Source: Neocallimastix sp. 'constans' (lineage: Eukaryota). From it: a stretch of 64,000 nt of DNA. Shown piece by piece: positions 60,627 through 64,000 of this stretch. A program made the position numbers and the translations under genes. The notes below the pieces were generated by a model, which saw only the letters and a list, made by a program, of their open reading frames with translations, had not been told where the DNA came from and searched no databases. Location: positions 124,001 through 188,000 of the forward strand of contig JBODTK010000150.1 in assembly GCA_050613775.1 (NCBI GenBank), given 5' to 3'. Numbering within the stretch: the first letter of the stretch is position 1; each line of letters starts with the position of its first letter.

Positions 60627-63600
60627 CTAATCTATCTAAAATATTACTAATAAGAATTTATTTAATTGGCTAAAATTTTTATTACAATCTGTTAAAATAT
60701 TCAAATAAAAATAAAAATACTATTCTAATATAAAGGTTTTTAATAAAATAAAATATTTTTCAATATAAAATAAAACATTTCGATATAAAATTTTATAATA
60801 AAAGTTAAAATATAATATATAAATTTTTAATTATCAATATATAAAAATATTATTAATACAAATTTTCATTATTAATATAAAAATAAAAAAATAAGATTTA
60901 TTATTAATATTGTTAATATAAGTTTTAAATATATAAAAATATTACTATTAATATAAGATTTAATATAAAAATTATAAAGTTTAATATAATTTTTGATCTA
61001 ATTTTTAATCTTTGAATTTAAAAATTTATTAAAGTACAAAAATAATAATGTACACATAATGTATTAGAAATAAATCGTAGATTTAATTAAGAATGCATTA
61101 TTTAGTACATTCTTATCAAGATGCCCCGACGAAGACTCAAGCTTCTCTGTAAGCGGAGTTAAACTTTACTAAATTTTTAAAATGAACATTCCTATCGAGT
61201 TGTTTCCCAGTTTTCTGATCGATTAAGGTTGCCGTGTTGAATTGAATTTTTAAAATTTTAAATGGTCCATTGTAATATGGTTCTAGCTTAGTGCGGCTAA
61301 AGTTTCTAACAAGAACAAGATCACCAGCTTTTAATTCTTTTCCTTTTTTCATACTTATTTGTTCTTCTCGTCTTGTTGCCCAATACTTGTTAGCATTCTT
61401 CACATTTTCGCATGCTTCTCTAGTCCATTGATAATGACGAACAAATTTTTCCATTAAAATTTCATCATACGATTTACCTGCATTTTCAATTGTTCTTATG
61501 GCTATATCATAAGGCTGTTGGTCTTCTCTTCCATATACTAATTCAAAACTAGAATGTCCGGTAGCTGTGTTTTTGGTAGTTCGAAGTGCCCATAAAGCAG
61601 AAGGTAAAACTTCATCCCAATCTTGATTTTTCCTTCCTAATAAACGAAGTAATTTTCCAATTTCTTTATTTCGGTTTTCAGTGAGACCATTGGATTCAGG
61701 GTGATAGGTAGCTATGAATTTTACATAAACATCATAAAGATCAAGAAAGATTTTAGTCATATCAGAAGTGAATTGGACTCCATTATCTGTAGTAATAACT
61801 TGAGGCACACCATGTCTTGCAAAAACGTTTATTAAAAATTTAATTATATCAGAGGAAGTTATGTTTTCAGTGGGTTCGGCTTCAACCCATTTGGTAAAGT
61901 AATCAACAGTTACTATAATATATTGATTATTATTTCTTGTTTTTGGTAACGGTCCTATAATATCTAATCCTAAATGCACAAAGGGACCCTCCACTTTAGT
62001 TGGATGGATTTCGGTTGGTTCTGGATATGGTTGAGGACGATTTAACTGGCATTTTTCACAATTACTAACAATTCTTTTGATATCTTTAATCATATGATTC
62101 CAATAAAAGTTTTTCTTAAGTCTTTGATATGTTTTGTAATATCCTTCGTGGCCAATATTATGAGCTTCTAAAATTAATTTAAACCTTTCATTTTCGTCCG
62201 TTATTAATTTTCTATAATTTCCATTGTCGATAAAATAATCTTCACCATCAATAACAGTAAACTTTTCATTAATAAATTCCTTTATAACTTTAGATAATAA
62301 TTCTTCATTATTTCCATTAGTAATTTTTGTTAATAATATCTTTCTCTCTTCCTTACTTTTCATTCTTGAAAGAGCATCAGCTAACACATTCTTTTTGCCT
62401 GATTCATATTTTATATTAATTCCGAGCATACTAGCGGTTAGACACCATCTTGTTTGCCTTGCATTCAAAGGTTCTTTATTCTTAAATAAACCAACTAATG
62501 GTTTATGATCTGTGTAAATAGTTGTAGGTAATGGATTTCCTTCAATATAAGATTTAAATTTAGTCATACAGTAAAACAAAGCGGTTCCTTCTAAATCGGT
62601 AATACCATAATTCTTTTCAGCTTTCTTTAAACTTCTACTTATAAAGTGTATTGGATGCTCCTTACCGGTTTCTTCTTCTTTTTGTAAAAGAACTCCACCA
62701 ATTCCATTATACGAAGCATCAGTTCTAATGATAAAAGGTTTGTCAAATGACGGAAATTTTAGAATAGGTGCATTGATTAATTTTTCTTTTAGGAGTTCAA
62801 AGCTTTCTTGTTGTTCTTTATTCCATTCATATTTGGTATTCTTTTTCAATAATTTACATAAAGGTGAGGTAATTTGAGCATATTTAGGAATAAAATCACG
62901 ATAATATCCCACTGCTCCTAAAAATGATCTTAATTCATGAAGTGATGAAGGGGCTTCCCACTTCTTAATAGCTGTTATCTTACTTTCCATGGGACTTAAT
63001 CCTTTAGTAGTAAGTTTGTGACCTAATACATCAACTTCAGTTTGAAGAAAATGGCACTTTTCAATATTAATTTTTAACTTGTTTTCTTTAAATACTTCTA
63101 ATACTTGTTTAATATGAATTAAATGTTCTTCGATACTTTTTGAATAGATCAAAACATCATCAATAAATACATAAACAAATTCACCAATAAAAGGGAATAA
63201 AATTTTATTCATTTCTCTTTGGAAGGTTGAGGGAGCTCCAGTAAGTCCAAAAGGCATAACCTTAAATTGATAATTTCCAAACTTAGTAGTGAAAGTGGTT
63301 ACTTCAACGCTTTCTTCATCCATTAAGATTTGGTGAAAACCAGAAAATAAATCAAGAGTTGTAAATATTTTAGATCCTCCGAGACTATCAAAAATTTCAT
63401 CTATATATGGAACTGAATAAGAATCTTTTTCTGTCATATCATTGACTTTTCGGTAGTCAATACACAAGCGCCACTTTCCATTGTGTTTTAGAATGAGTAC
63501 TACTGGAGATGACCATTCTGAACAGGATGGTTCTATCAATCCTTTCTTAATAAGCTTTGTAAGTTCTTCTTTTAAGATATCTGATTTTAATTTAGTTAAC

Positions 63601-64000
63601 CTATAACTTCTTAATTTTACTGGCTTTGCATTTGCTTTCAAACGGATCTTATGTGGTGAAAGTTTAGAAGGAGTTAGTTCTTCTGTTGAAGTGGCAACTA
63701 TGTCAATCATTTCTTTGAGAATTTTAATAATTTGTTCTTTATAATCTTTATTTAAGGTACTTAAAAATTCATCACTCTCAATAAATTCCATTGGAGTTAA
63801 TTCCTTTATAATTTCCTTTTCATTATTCGTTTCTTTAACTTTTCTAATAGTGCAAATTATACTTTCTTCATCATAATATTGATTATTTATTTTAGCTATT
63901 TCTTCGTATTCACTTTCTGACAAAAGTTTACATAAACTGTTTAAGGTCGGATGAATAAATAAACAATGATCGATTTGAGTTTTAAAGTTTATTAACATAT
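60272..64000 (-). mobile_element. Ty3/Gypsy element C, 3' LTR (60272-61118) and pol, truncated by the window edge
   Basis: LTR termini TGTTAAGG...CTTATCA, PPT-like ggggcatct on the minus strand, spacer aaaa to element B. Confidence 0.92.
61137..63998 (-). CDS. pol: Pol of element C (RT-RH-IN), partial
   Basis: FIDD RT, TDAS RNase H, integrase with KLEPYYNGPF. Confidence 0.93.
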   Translation of the reverse strand: MLINFKTQIDHCLFIHPTLNSLCKLLSESEYEEIAKINNQYYDEESIICTIRKVKETNNEKEIIKELTPMEFIESDEFLSTLNKDYKEQIIKILKEMIDIVATSTEELTPSKLSPHKIRLKANAKPVKLRSYRLTKLKSDILKEELTKLIKKGLIEPSCSEWSSPVVLILKHNGKWRLCIDYRKVNDMTEKDSYSVPYIDEIFDSLGGSKIFTTLDLFSGFHQILMDEESVEVTTFTTKFGNYQFKVMPFGLTGAPSTFQREMNKILFPFIGEFVYVFIDDVLIYSKSIEEHLIHIKQVLEVFKENKLKINIEKCHFLQTEVDVLGHKLTTKGLSPMESKITAIKKWEAPSSLHELRSFLGAVGYYRDFIPKYAQITSPLCKLLKKNTKYEWNKEQQESFELLKEKLINAPILKFPSFDKPFIIRTDASYNGIGGVLLQKEEETGKEHPIHFISRSLKKAEKNYGITDLEGTALFYCMTKFKSYIEGNPLPTTIYTDHKPLVGLFKNKEPLNARQTRWCLTASMLGINIKYESGKKNVLADALSRMKSKEERKILLTKITNGNNEELLSKVIKEFINEKFTVIDGEDYFIDNGNYRKLITDENERFKLILEAHNIGHEGYYKTYQRLKKNFYWNHMIKDIKRIVSNCEKCQLNRPQPYPEPTEIHPTKVEGPFVHLGLDIIGPLPKTRNNNQYIIVTVDYFTKWVEAEPTENITSSDIIKFLINVFARHGVPQVITTDNGVQFTSDMTKIFLDLYDVYVKFIATYHPESNGLTENRNKEIGKLLRLLGRKNQDWDEVLPSALWALRTTKNTATGHSSFELVYGREDQQPYDIAIRTIENAGKSYDEILMEKFVRHYQWTREACENVKNANKYWATRREEQISMKKGKELKAGDLVLVRNFSRTKLEPYYNGPFKILKIQFNTATLIDQKTGKQLDRNVHFKNLVKFNSAYREA

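Overview
Extremely AT-rich eukaryotic DNA with short spliceosomal introns, most consistent with an anaerobic gut fungus (Neocallimastigomycota; inferred from composition and gene content). Bases 1-17.5 kb hold three host genes: a secreted SGNH/GDSL (CE16-like) protein with altered catalytic residues, a 56-aa SMCO4-like microprotein missing from the ORF track, and a folliculin-interacting protein (FNIP/Lst4) homolog, plus a poly(A) retroposon. A tRNA-Ala(TGC) gene lies on the minus strand at 17512-17583. From 14 bp upstream of it to the window end, the sequence is almost entirely a head-to-tail stack of LTR retrotransposons and solo LTRs from many families, separated only by 2-10 bp target-site-duplication (TSD) remnants. 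There are 19 units in the left stack (17598-51226) and at least 2 in a mirror-image right stack (52007->64000). The junctions can be replayed as successive insertions 12-18 bp upstream of the tRNA, each pushing older elements away, so the stack reads as a chronological record. A second LTR class (5-bp TSD) is nested 49-54 bp inside three stacked LTRs, i.e. 63-66 bp from the tRNA when each host was tRNA-proximal. The Ty3/Gypsy elements use the same tRNA-Ala as primer, carry a UUUAAAC/U slippery site plus pseudoknot (-1 frameshift), an atypical DSC protease motif, and long 5' leaders with covarying structured RNA domains. All coordinates were read by eye and may be off by a few bases.
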